A stretch of DNA of 64,000 bases from Tubulanus polymorphus (taxonomy: Eukaryota > Animalia > Nemertea). Where the stretch lies: NCBI RefSeq assembly GCF_964204645.1, contig NC_134028.1:23866345-23930344 (forward strand), given 5' to 3'. The notes below the pieces were generated by a model. The model saw only the letters and a list, made by a program, of their open reading frames with translations, searched no databases and had not been told where the DNA came from. Position 1 is the first letter of the stretch. The number at the start of each line of letters is the position of its first letter. Below are positions 10,279-22,516 of this stretch, piece after piece. Both the position numbers and the translations under genes were made by a program.

Positions 10279-13200
10279 TTACGGGACTTTCGGTTGAACA
10301 AATTGCACCGACACGCCTGGGTTCTTCATTGAATCCTTTTCTTTTTTTATCTGTGTAAAAAGATAAATGAAGACATCATAGTTTTCGCGAAATAACCTTC
10401 GTAGTTTCGACACTTACGACCAATACGAACATTGAATCTTTTACTAAAAATCGCCCCTATTGCTTACCATTATATAACTATCAATATTTGTTGGTCCCTT
10501 TGCTCTGAGAAGATGTGGAAGTTGATTCTGAAAATGTATACATACACGAAGCTTGTTCAAATTCATTACAACATCACGTCTCCGAAAAAAAAATTGCAAT
10601 TTTAAGTTTATTTCAAAATCATGTAGAATTTTTTACCGTTTTGATATATTCCCACACAGTGCCGGCGAATTTGAACTTGTAGATTCCTTTATCGTTTGGT
10701 ATGAGATAAATTGTCGGCACCGAATCGAAGTCACCAGTACCAACATCTAAAAGGTGACAACAACAAACGTAAGAAAAAATAAAAGATTTTGGTCACATTT
10801 CAGCGGCGATTACGTCTCGAATTTTCCAGAGATAATTACATTCAACTGATTATACATGGCTCGTAGCGCGCAGGGGGTTTTAGCGAGTTACGACGAGTCG
10901 ACCAAAAAGAAAGCGGTCCGCATTTGAAAACAGAATTTTCAAAAATTGAATTAAATCCTGGGCCGCGATACATGACTAGCATCATGAACTCCATATTATA
11001 GGAAATCTAGAATTGCGACCTTGCAGTCACAGCGCGATGTTTCTAACTTCGAGCGAGCAACGTTTCAAAAAGGTCCGCATTTTAACGAAAACCAACTACC
11101 AATATAATCAGTCACGCTACGGGCGTTTTAGTGACCGGTAAAATGTCAGAATCGTTAAGGAATCGATTTGAAAGAATATACGCACGAATGATGTTTCCTT
11201 TCGCTGAACTCAGTTGATCAACATCTAACCGAATCGTAATGAATTTGCTGCCGGTCGGAATCAATCGGATTTTCATGAAATTACCTACAAAAAAAGGATA
11301 GAAACCGTGTTATATCTTCGACAGGATACTGATTCTTCTCGGACTTGGAGTAAACGCACCGATCTTTTGCTGATTATAAACGAAGCTAACAGACTGACAG
11401 GTAGACCCGTCTCCACCGCATATACCGCACTTATCGAAACGTTTCTTCGACTCAAACGAATTATCGCAACCCAATTCCTTTAATAAATAACATTTCATAA
11501 GGATTTAGATTGGTTTATTAGTTCAATAAAAAAGCATTTGCTTCGAGCGCAGAAACGAAAATCAACAATCTATGTAAATGCAGGATAAACATGAATATCA
11601 ATTACCACGGTATATTTTTTTTTGGCGTGACATTACTAAGTCAAAGTGGGTTTTTTTTCTGTCTACTAAATTATCCAGATTCATTGGGGTTTTTCTATAC
11701 AATCTAAGAGGATTTATGTATATTTTGGAAACATAAACCTGTTGATTTGGATGCATAAAGTAAATTGTAAATGGTCACCGGGTCGATCGCGGGGAGGGAG
11801 TTATTACCGTACAAACACCGTCAACGCATACATCATTCTGTCGATCTGAACAGCTTTTTCCATTTCTCGCTTTGTGCGGCTTAAAGGATAGTTTAATCGC
11901 TGATGCTGTACATAACATTGTACATCGGGTAGAGCCTAAAACATGGTAAAATGAAGGTGAATTATCGCTGACATTTGAAATCTCGTTGATTATGGTTAAT
12001 CTGTTATTTACCGGTGCCGTACATCGCGGGATCATAAGCCGCGTATATTTTAGCCTGACCTAAAATACCGCATTCGGAACTCAAAAGTTCGTGTCTCGTC
12101 TTTGGAATCGTTGGACAAGCCTGTAAAATATGAGGATGTTAGATCCCGAATAACACGGCTAACGGGTCAGACGCAGGTTTACACGACTATAGTTTCACAT
12201 CGGCACCACGCGCGCGTACCTGCTCGTAACAGTATTTGACTCGAAATGACGCCCCGATGCATATTCTACCTCCAGGACCTGGTCTACAATTACAATCAGA
12301 ACAACGTCAATAGAAACAATTACTTACAGTAAAAATTTAAGAAAGGATGACTAAATAAGAATTTCATGTAGTATATATTGATATGTTTTGTACGTACGGT
12401 GGATTCGTGCACGATCTATTCGATATTTTGACACCTGCTCCGCACATTCTCGAACACGGACCGAAATCTGACCATTTCGACCAGCCGCCATCCGCCGGGC
12501 AGCGAATTACTTTTCTGATCGGCCAACTTAGCCTGATCAGGTTCGAAGATTTCTTGGGCTTCTTGGGCACCCGCGTATCGAGGCAGGTCGATTTCTCTGA
12601 TCTGGCGGAGAATGAGAATATAGATGCGGTTATAATGACACAGAACTCACGATGTAGGTTCGAACCAGCCGCGAGGTATTCACCCCACGAGACGGTAAGC
12701 AGAATGTTGAGGTTTGATGGTATTGTGGGTAGCATTAACTCCTAACTCTTAAAACCTATGGTTCAAACTTATGGTTCTAGCAACACTTTTATAATGTAAA
12801 TCTATTATGAAAATGTATTAACATAATTCACAATTACATATATGGAATAGGCCTGCAATGGCCCTTAATTCCAGAGAGAAAAAAACCCATGAAATTCGCA
12901 GATATAGTATGGCTGACACCGTATATACGACAAGCTTTAAAATTCTTTTCCCGCTGGAACAACGTTACTGATTCCTTTCTTTATGTACAACTACAAAATG
13001 TCACATTTTTTCTCCTCTATTCATTGACGGTGGTCGTTTTTTTACCTTAGAAATTCTTTCATCCCTTTGATGCTACATTTCGACCAAAACATCCCATCAA
13101 ATTGACTGAACATCAACCCGGCTGGGCATATATTCTTATATGGTTCATTGTAGTCATCAGGCATATTGAACCTAAAAATTATTACGTTCAACCTATTTCA

Positions 13201-15684
13201 AAGCTCGTGAAAATTTTACGTATATTCAAACAGAACATGAGCAGGTTTTTTGTTTCCTCGATTTTTCAACTTGAAATACAGGAACTAGACAGACAATAAC
13301 AATGAACTATACTTACAAATGTCCGGTTTCATGAGCTAAGAGTCGAGACATGTAATTATCATATCCAAGATGGTCGTTACCGCCAGAGCACATGCGCACT
13401 GGGTCACATGCTCCCGCTTGGAACGCCCGTCCCCAGATCACTTTACCTGTAGTACCATTCAAATAAAACCTTTAAACTAAAACTAAGAAATTTGAAATGT
13501 TTTTTTTCTTATGCTGAAAGTGGAAAATTACCTGTGGATCTAACTTTTCCAAAAAGGCCGTACACTCTAAAATAAAGAAAGAATCAGGAAAGAAATTTAA
13601 TTAGTTAAAGGTAAAAGGTTATAACGAGGTCAGGTTTGAATTTAAAAAAACTAAATGGAAATATTCACCCGGAGAAGTAAATGCTGATTCCCCAATCTCG
13701 GCCGGTTCCGTCGCTTCTTGTACCACCTGGTAAAAATGTCGATTGGAATCTACAGTAGCCGTGGAAGTCTGAATATCCTAACTGATAAAATACATCCAAA
13801 TTATCTCATTGATAACATCAGATAATTTCATTGACATCAGAAGAGCATGATTTGAAGATCTGAGATTGAACAGAAAGTGATTGATGACTACGATTACCTC
13901 TGTTGTTGTCTCGTTCAAAATAACTATTTTGGCTACAGTGAAATAAATTCTGTAGCCCAATGAAGGCAACAAATACCATCGCTGTACCTGTAAAAAATAA
14001 TTTGTATTCCCTACGTCTTTTCAAGAGATAAAAAAGAAATACCTTCTGAAAATTCCCCCAAAAATGCAATATGTGAATATAATTTGTATTGAGAGGGAAC
14101 CCACAGAAAATAATCATTTACGATATCATTCGTATAAATCATGACAATCAAAATTCGATACCGGTGGAAAAAACTTTTTATGAGAAAAATTGAATTGACC
14201 AAAAATTAATCGTAGAATTATTTACAATTTCCCCAAGGATATGTGAAAAAGATGTAAAAAATTAGCATAGATACCTTGTGGAGAATATCTAGGGCATGTT
14301 TCGTCAGATCTTCTCTACTCGAGGAAATATTCTTATAGAATTTGTCGGCGTATTCTTTATCGATGAACACCGCAGTAACGGCGTTCAGTTTTCTACGGGC
14401 CGATAATCTAGTGGATACTATCGAACGTTTCATACGACCGCTAGGGGGCGGTTCTGACTGGTAACTGATACAGTGGGTCGTCTGTCGTGCCGTTACTTTC
14501 GCGTCGATACGATAAAGGCCACTATCTTCTTCCTCCGTTATAATGGAACCGATCTAAATTCAAGATAAAATTCATCTACGAATACTTTATAAGAGAAACA
14601 AGAGGCCTTGATTCGTATCATGTGAGCTCAGGCACATATGAACCTGTGGGGGTTGAAAGTGAATATATTTACCATATTTTGACACCTGTTCAGTAAAGCT
14701 TCCCCGATATGTTCCCCATTGCGACTAACGTTACCCTTTATGTAACAATAATTGAAATGATCAACATTGTCTTCCCTCAAGTAACCGCTGGTTGACCACA
14801 CTGATAATAAAAGAAAAAATAATCAGCATTATAAATCTAAACAGTTTACTGGATGCCCTTAGTCGAAGGAAAGCTTGAGTTTTTTATGTTACCTTGAGCA
14901 AGAAGGCCTTCGGCGATGAACGTCCCGGATGACGCTTCGATGACGTACGAGTGGCCTGAACTAAGTGTGAATGCGACACGAACATCATCGCTATCAGTGA
15001 ACTGTGTTTGCATCAAAAAACATGATTCACCTATAGAAGATATGATAGAGTGGTAAATCCAATCGGTAATTTCAATGATTAGATAAAATATTAACCCATC
15101 ATCTTTTTCAGGTTTAAAGTCAAGGGTTTTGATTTTAAGATAGGGATTGTTCCTTTATTGATTTTATTTATTTGATTGATAGATATTTTTGCTATTTGGA
15201 GTCCCCTTTCAAACCCACCACACCGCACCTGCTGGGAGTGGAATAGGTAGTTTGATTTTTTAGTAAAAAACCGAAGAATATACAGATACGTATAGTCGTG
15301 TGATCGGCGGTCGAATTTACAGAATTTTTTGTTTAAATCGAAGTAGGCAATTGGTAATATCTGTTCCAGTTCATTCAAACAGTCGTCGAACCACCAGTCT
15401 GAACCGTCAAGCGACTGATTGGGGTCAATTTTGTTGGCTGCCAAAATTAATACATCGAGATTCTCGAAATAACTATACTACAAGATAATTATTTTACCCG
15501 TATCATTGGGGTCAAAAGCGGTCGTTGTTGTCAAACAAAAAGCGATCTACAAAATGAAAGAGAATGGTACAGAAACAATAATGAATATATTGCAAATATG
15601 ATCGACAATATTGTTTTAAGCTTAAAATTCTACGAATGTGTATAAAATCTACAAAAACAAACGAGCGAAAAATATTCGTGTCAT
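10279..15684 (-). CDS. Atypical ADAMTS-family secreted metalloprotease (signal, prodomain, furin site, M12B domain, TSP1, Cys-rich, spacer), about 19 exons
   Basis: Exons approx. 15663-15684 (uncertain), 15498-15546, 14893-15030, 14673-14800, 14275-14553, 13898-13987, 13669-13781, 13532-13566, 13317-13446, 13046-13171, 12398-12601, 12220-12283, 12012-12120, 11808-11936, 11360-11477, 11186-11285, 10637-10746, 10468-10527, 10279-10350. Motifs [12 protein letters not shown]|[79 protein letters not shown] at about 9994-9999 (-). Confidence 0.9.
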
Positions 15685-17774
15685 GTTGTTGTATTATCCG
15701 TGGGAATCTGTTACGGGTTTGATGAAGTGATCATAATTAGCGACGGTCGTCGTTGTAATTCGGTGGTAGATACTAATTGGCCTAAATGTTAATCAAACGA
15801 CAACTAAAAACTAGATTAGACAACAAAAGTTTGTGCTTGCTCATTTAGATCCACCACGATATTGACATATTCATATGTATGGCTATAGGTAGCTTTCAAT
15901 ATAATGAAAAAAAGAACAAATCGGTTATCGGTTGATTAATGATTTTTACATAGTAACTTGCATTATTTTCATTTTCGGGGATATATACTTTCTATGAACA
16001 AGTTGACACAGTCGATGTGTTTTTTAATGCTTTTTAATGAATCACAACTGACTTAAGAAACTTAAATAGTTGTGATAGTTGTAACCACGAAGAAGTATAC
16101 CCGTTAAATCTCAAACCGCTACTGCTATCACGACGAGTAAAATATTTTACTTACTAACGATACCGTTGCGATCAAATGATTTCTGTCCATTTTCGGTCTT
16201 CCATATAAACTGATATACATTTGATACTTTCACCAGATTTAGGATTATAACGACTATGAACAGATCACGTTTATACTGTCGTTAGTTCTATAAATTGTAT
16301 CCGCGTTCATATTGTAAAATTATGGGTCATAAACCGACAGTGCTATACCACGCAACCGAAACCGGTATCCGGTCACAAATAGAATCTAGTCAACACATCG
16401 AATTGGCCAATTAGCAACCGAAAATGAATCTTCTATGCGGGTATGATTTAAAAATTTGCGTCAAATCAACCGCAACATCAAGCAGTTTATCATCGAAATT
16501 TTTGTCTGTTTGTAAAATGTCATTCGTCAGGTCATACGAATATTTCGTCCCATCTTTTTCCTCTCATTTCTAAGAAACACTGTCGAGACGAAGTGTCTAC
16601 TGGATTTCTTGACGGGCTTCCCGTTTCACTAGAAAGATAAAATGACATTTCGTACGACCCTTCAAGTTCATACTGATCCCACAAACACGCGTGCGTCTCC
16701 CCCGCAATCAGGCAGGATTATCTTGGTGAAACGGTCCGTGTTGTGACGCTAATATAGAAAACCCACAGTATTCCTGAAAATGATTATCAGGATTCAGCAG
16801 AAACGCTGAATGAAAATAAATCGTCAACTGAAGGTAACCTTTTCGGACTCGCTTTTCTTTTCGAGTCTGGGATTCTCTGTTGCAATCACGCCCGCGCTTT
16901 AGATTTTTTACGTAAATGATAGAAACTAAGATGGCTGGCTGCGGGGGCTGTATTTTTGTATATCCTTTCCTTCTGCTATGTTGTCTTCAGGGGGAAAAGA
17001 TGCTTCCGGGGAAAGTAACCATCGATCGGGGTATCGGTGAACGAACCCCCTGAAATTTTCAAAATGCCCTTCAAAAGGTCGGTGTAAAGATTTTTCGAAA
17101 TTTTGATACAATTTTTTGATATAGTTTTTTTTGTAAAATGGAAAAGTATCCATTCTCAAATGATTTATTCAGGTACCAGGGCACTTCATATTTGAGATCT
17201 GTCCTTTTTCAGCAGGAAAGTGCCGCTTTTCGTGGTAAAGAGTCCCATTTTTCTTGAATAGAACTGCCCCTCAAAAAAGCTCGGCACGGGCCTGATGATT
17301 TCTCGATCGGTCGTTCCTTATTTGAATCAAAAGTTCCTGACGACGCGCAGTCCAAACCTGTGGCACTCAGGGCACGTATATTGCAGCAGTGAAAATCAAA
17401 TACTTTTGTTAGAAAAATAGATCTTTATTACGTCATACAAGCAAACTAAGTTCGTGAGATTTAACACCATAGAGATCCATCATACAAAATTGTATCTTAA
17501 AGAAGTTCGCAAATTAAGTAACAATAAGGTCCTATAAACGAAGCTGAACAAGCAAATAGATACTAGAATTTATAAGTGATCTCGGAATTAAAATTCTGCG
17601 TTGATATTAATCTAATTTTTCACTAGAACAACATATCATTCATCTATTCCTAATTCTAATGACATATCAAGGAGTGTTACCTACATATATTTTTGACAAA
17701 TTTGATTTTTGCAGAGCACTGAAATTTATACTTTAAAAAGTGCATATAACAATGCATCAGTGCATGATTGTGTT

Positions 17775-20098
17775 TTATGACTCGATCAAGTTTCCTTCGA
17801 GATTCAACAATTTCGACCCGTAAGTCTGTACGTAATCTAATAACCGATTGATTTTATCCAAAACGCGATAAATATCTTTGTCGACGTGTCTTAGACTGTT
17901 GGGTGGTTGATAACGAATTGAGCTGATTTCGGCAAGAATATCCTGTCGATGTGCGCCTTCGTCGGTCAGACCGAACGCGTGGGCGATGCCTCTGAAATGG
18001 CACAGAAAGTTCTTGACGTAGTTGACCATGATGTCTTCGATGTTCAGACGACTGATTCGATCGATTCGGCTTCGCTCGAATAAACTAACGTGATGTAGAA
18101 ATACGACATGGCGCAAAGCTAGTTTCTCCAGTCTCTTAATGCTGTCGACTCGATCGTCCTGAAATATTCAAAATATCATTTCGAAAATAACCCATTTATC
18201 GAACCATGCACGGCGTACAAATATGTTTTATGATTATTTTTTTTTGATTTACCAAAGTCTTCACGGAAAAATCCTTGTCGGCAAAATCGCGAGCGACTGC
18301 GAGAGCTGGGATTCGATCAGTTGTGTTGTACTTTAGCCTCCTCGTAAACTAAAAGAAAAAACAACAGAAAAACACATTCATAGAAAATCCGAATATTCCC
18401 GAGATAAGTGGATGAGAGAATTGTTGGTAAATAGAAAATGATCGACTACCAGTCACCAGAGTTTCTCTGGAGGTTACATTTAGATGAATCACAAAACTGT
18501 CAGATCATTAAATTTTGAAATATCATCAGTGCGGGATTTTTCGTTAGATTTCCAATCTATGAAGTTACGGCTCGGTGGTGTATAATGGTTAGCACACAGG
18601 GTCGTCCCAGGTTCAGATCCTGATAGCTGTCCTTGAAATGCCACGGGTCTGATTACTAAGCGCAGGGGTGGCTCGAATGGGAGAGTGTAGGGTGTCAACT
18701 TGCCCCATGATATTTCATGGGAAAATGACAAATATCAAACTGACACCTAAAAAGTTTTAATTCATATTATTAGCTTGTGTCCTCTGTATTTCCAAAAATG
18801 AGTTAATGTTTTCTAAAACGTTTTTTTTTCGGGTGCCCTTTTAATCATATGATGTGCCCTGTTTTGAGATCAGACCCTGGACCAATTTAAACATGATAAA
18901 ACAACATCTGGTTTTGAGTTAAATCATTTGGTTTTGATGCCCCTTAAGATTCTTACCGTAAAGTCTTTTAAATGGTTTATTTTATTTTGAAGCCGTGATG
19001 CGGCGAACATGAACGCCTCAATCTCAGCTCGTGTGATGGATGTGGGCCGGTAATCCTGCGGGCCGCACGGGTCAAAAATGTCAATCTCACTCGGTAAACT
19101 GAGAGCATGTGCCGACACCGCGCCGGACGAGCGCCGTGACCGTATCGGGTCAACCGGGAACGGTGCAGATAAATCTAACATAGCTCCTACACAGAACAAC
19201 ACTAAAAACGAATGTAGCAAACCTAAAATAACAAACGTATAAAACTCAAGAAAATTTTCAAATGGTCGCATAAAAACTGGGGGTACGAAGTAAAGAAAAT
19301 CCACGTTTTTTATGAAAATGTTTTTGAGCGTTTCTTTTTATTGATTTTCACCGTGGAACTCACAATTACCGGTAAGCAGGTAGTGGTTTGATCGAATTTG
19401 TTATAAAGACTTCGTTTGATAGATTCAAGTTTCGTCAATATTAAGCGCATTAAATTAAGTAGCTATTAAAGGTCGAGTTATTTTAGAAGAACCACCCAAT
19501 TATTTCTGCTGGGGACACCCCTGTTATAAGATAAAACAGCATTAAGCACGGAGATTACTCTGTAAATATTGCGCTATATCAAGAAGATAAATTATTATTA
19601 CTATTATCAGTATACTAAAGATTCTTGCCGGCAACTTCCAGGAAGCCAAAGCATTATTGAAACCAAATGGTTTTTCCTGAAACCATCTAAAGAAGTGGTC
19701 ATTTTTCGACTTGTAAAATAACGTTATTAACCTTAGAATTTTCAATGGTACCCACGGATTAGATAGAATTTTATACATAACTATCTAGTCATACATGCAT
19801 GCATTGTAATAGAAATGTTACCTTTAACAACGAGATACATTCAGCAATTTATCACTCAAAATTTCAAGTAATTGAAATTTTAAATTGATTTGATCTAATG
19901 ACACTTTCAACTAAACGATTACGTATATGAATAGGTTTTTCGAACGAATTTTATCAAGAGCATACAACAGTATAAAATTTTCCTTTACAGGAATAAGTGA
20001 GCCCCGAACACACATGGATACTCACATAGATACTGTAAAGGGGAGTTAAACTCGAGCCGAACGAAATCTAATCCTATTTTGCTTTTCGTAAAATACAT
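17775..20098 (-). CDS. Orphan secreted protein (about 272 aa), candidate long-chain four-helix cytokine precursor, 4 exons
   Basis: Exons 20026-20098, 18957-19222, 18253-18348, 17775-18158 join in frame (intron phases 1,0,0). Hydrophobic LCLLHSFLVLFCVGAML segment, RSRR furin site, FDPCG, amphipathic helical blocks, and AATAAA at about 17424 (-). The gene is well supported; the family call is inference. Confidence 0.75.
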
Positions 20099-21319
20099 TG
20101 TCTCAGAGATATTGATCAACAAACTCCGAACAAGAACGATATAATATTAATCAAGATGAGTTTTGAACTAGATTTCAAAGAGAACTGAAACAATGTTGAT
20201 TGATATTCTTCGTTTAAATAGAAACCACTTCTAATTACAGTAACGCTCATGAATATTCATGGAAGGTAACTTCTGCGAAGGTGGCATCGCGCTAAAATGT
20301 CAAACGCTATGTGGTATTTCAAAAACTTACGAATTTTCACCATCGTAAATGTCAATCTGATCTCTAAAATCAACCGCTAAATGTTAACGATTTCGAATAA
20401 TGACTTTCGCCCGATTCCGACGACAATCTCTTATATATGCATTTATGTAAGAGTTTCTCGCCCACTGACCGATAGCGATACGGGCCTGCCCAGTTCACCG
20501 GGGATTTTGTAGTCAGTTCAGAATCCATTGTCTTTGCAGTGAAACTAGTTTCCGCTCTATTCATGCCTCGGTCTAAAACAAGACGATGATCACAAATCAC
20601 AAAAATAACTGGCGACGTTTTGTACGCTGGGACGGGTTTTTCTCAGAGTGGTTTCGGTCACGTTTAAAGCTGCTCAATTTGTGTTTTGTGTTGATTTTAC
20701 GTGGGTTTTCGACTATTTTCGTCGCATTACTGTAACATTATACGTAAGTCATTATGTCATAAAACTCGGTTTCGCTTTTACGACAATATTGGGTCATGTT
20801 TTATGCTCAGATGAAAACAGATACACGATTATGTTCAATTATCCGTCGATCGATTCTAAATTTCAAAATCGAAAGCTTTGTACGGAAACACTCACGAGAA
20901 ATTGAATCGTACATAACAAAATGTGCCTTATTAACTCACGAAATGAAATTACCGCAAAATCACGTTTTTCCTCGGAAATATTCTGTTATTCAATTTAAAT
21001 AGAAAGCGTTGGATGTTTTGTGTACCTTCAATACACGCATGCATGCATGTATCTGCGCTTCCATATCCCACATTACTGGGGTTTTTCTGTCCAAACTTTG
21101 TGCTTTTTCTAAACTAAGGGGTTTAGGGATTGCACATCAGTATAATGCTGTGTATTCTATTCATATCCACCGTCGTCTGTTTTTCTTCCTGGCCCAAATT
21201 TCTGCTTAGTTAATTCTCAATAGTTCTTACTCGAAAAGTCAGATATTTTATGAATCTAGCGTTTTTAATCGCTGCTAATGATCATACACAGTGACAGCAA
21301 ATGAAACAAGAGTGAGCTA

Positions 21320-21541
21320 AGGCTAAAAAAAATTGATACCTTGTTTCTCAGCTCTGCTGAGCTTAAATGTTGACCCGGCCGGCTGCCCATCTACCCTATA
21401 CATTACTTTTTTTAAAATCGTGATCAATTTTACCATAACAGACCCGGTCGCTATAGAAATGAACTGTTCATAGATTTTATCATATTTTACAAAAATGACC
21501 CGGCCGCTGCGGAGAAACAAGGTATCATTTTTGTGTAGCCT
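21320..21541. mobile_element. MITE with about 30-bp TIRs (AGGCT...AGCCT); second degenerate copy at about 27935-28130
   Basis: aggctaaaaaaaattgataccttgtttctc / gagaaacaaggtatcatttttgtgtagcct; internal gacccgg motifs are shared with the copy in a SUZ12 intron. Confidence 0.75.
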
Positions 21542-22202
21542 AATAGACTGCTATCTGGAAGGCTATGAAGACTATAAATCCAAGAAAGATTATTGAGAGA
21601 GCCGTTAAGAAAGTAGCGGTGATATTTGTATCAAATAGCATTCGTTTATTTACAAAATACAGAAAATATAATGATAGAAATGATAATGTCATGACAATAG
21701 GTTTTTCTATACTGTACAACTGGCACTATGTTGTTGTTAGGAGGAGGCAAAATACTCTGCAAGACGAAGTACGAATTTAGCGTCAATCTGCTGCTTCTCG
21801 GACAGTCAGTATAAATCGATCTTACTTCAATAAACCCTTCAAAACAGCGTGTAAAGACGATACCTAAAGACTTAAAGACTAGAGCATTATTCGAATCAGT
21901 AAATTCCTGAAATGTTATTATTAACCAATCTATACGTGCTACGTGACTCAATGGCTTCTAAATTCGTACTCGGTCGGGTGAAAATCCAACTGATTTCACT
22001 TCTACGAAAAATCATCAACTATTCATCGGATTTCGGGTGAAATATAACCTTTTTTTCAAAACGTTGTCGTGTACTTGTGTATCTTATACTTACAATTGAT
22101 ATGTGACGAGAAGAACAGGGACCTAATAATAGTTATATTCGATACGATTTGTGATGAGTAAAAAATACTGACTGCATCAATTCTAAAACCAATGAGAGCT
22201 GC

Positions 22203-22516
22203 GAGGAACCACAGATGGAACTGTTTCCTGTCAACCACAGGTGGTACTGGTTCCTGTGAACCACAAGTGGAACTGTTTCCTGTGATCCATAGACGGAATT
22301 GGTTTCTGTGAACCACAGGTGGAACTAGTTCCTGTGATCCACAGGTGGAACTGGTTCCTCCAAACCACAGGTGGAACGGTTTCCTGTGAACCACAAGTGG
22401 AGCTGTTTCCTGTGAACCATAGACGGAAATGGTTTCTGTGAACCACAGATGGAACTGGTTTCTGTGAACCACAGGTGGAACTAGTTCCTGTGATCAACAG
22501 GTGGAACTGGTTCCTC
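22203..22516. repeat. Minisatellite, about 12 copies of a 26-bp unit (accacaggtggaactggttcctgtga)
   Basis: Directly visible head-to-tail units with no spacers; each unit is internally palindromic (ggaac-N2-gttcc). Confidence 0.95.

Noticed and set aside
22203-22516. Palindromic 26-bp repeat array as a CRISPR array
   Set aside because: Units abut with no unique spacers, there are no cas genes, and the context is eukaryotic.
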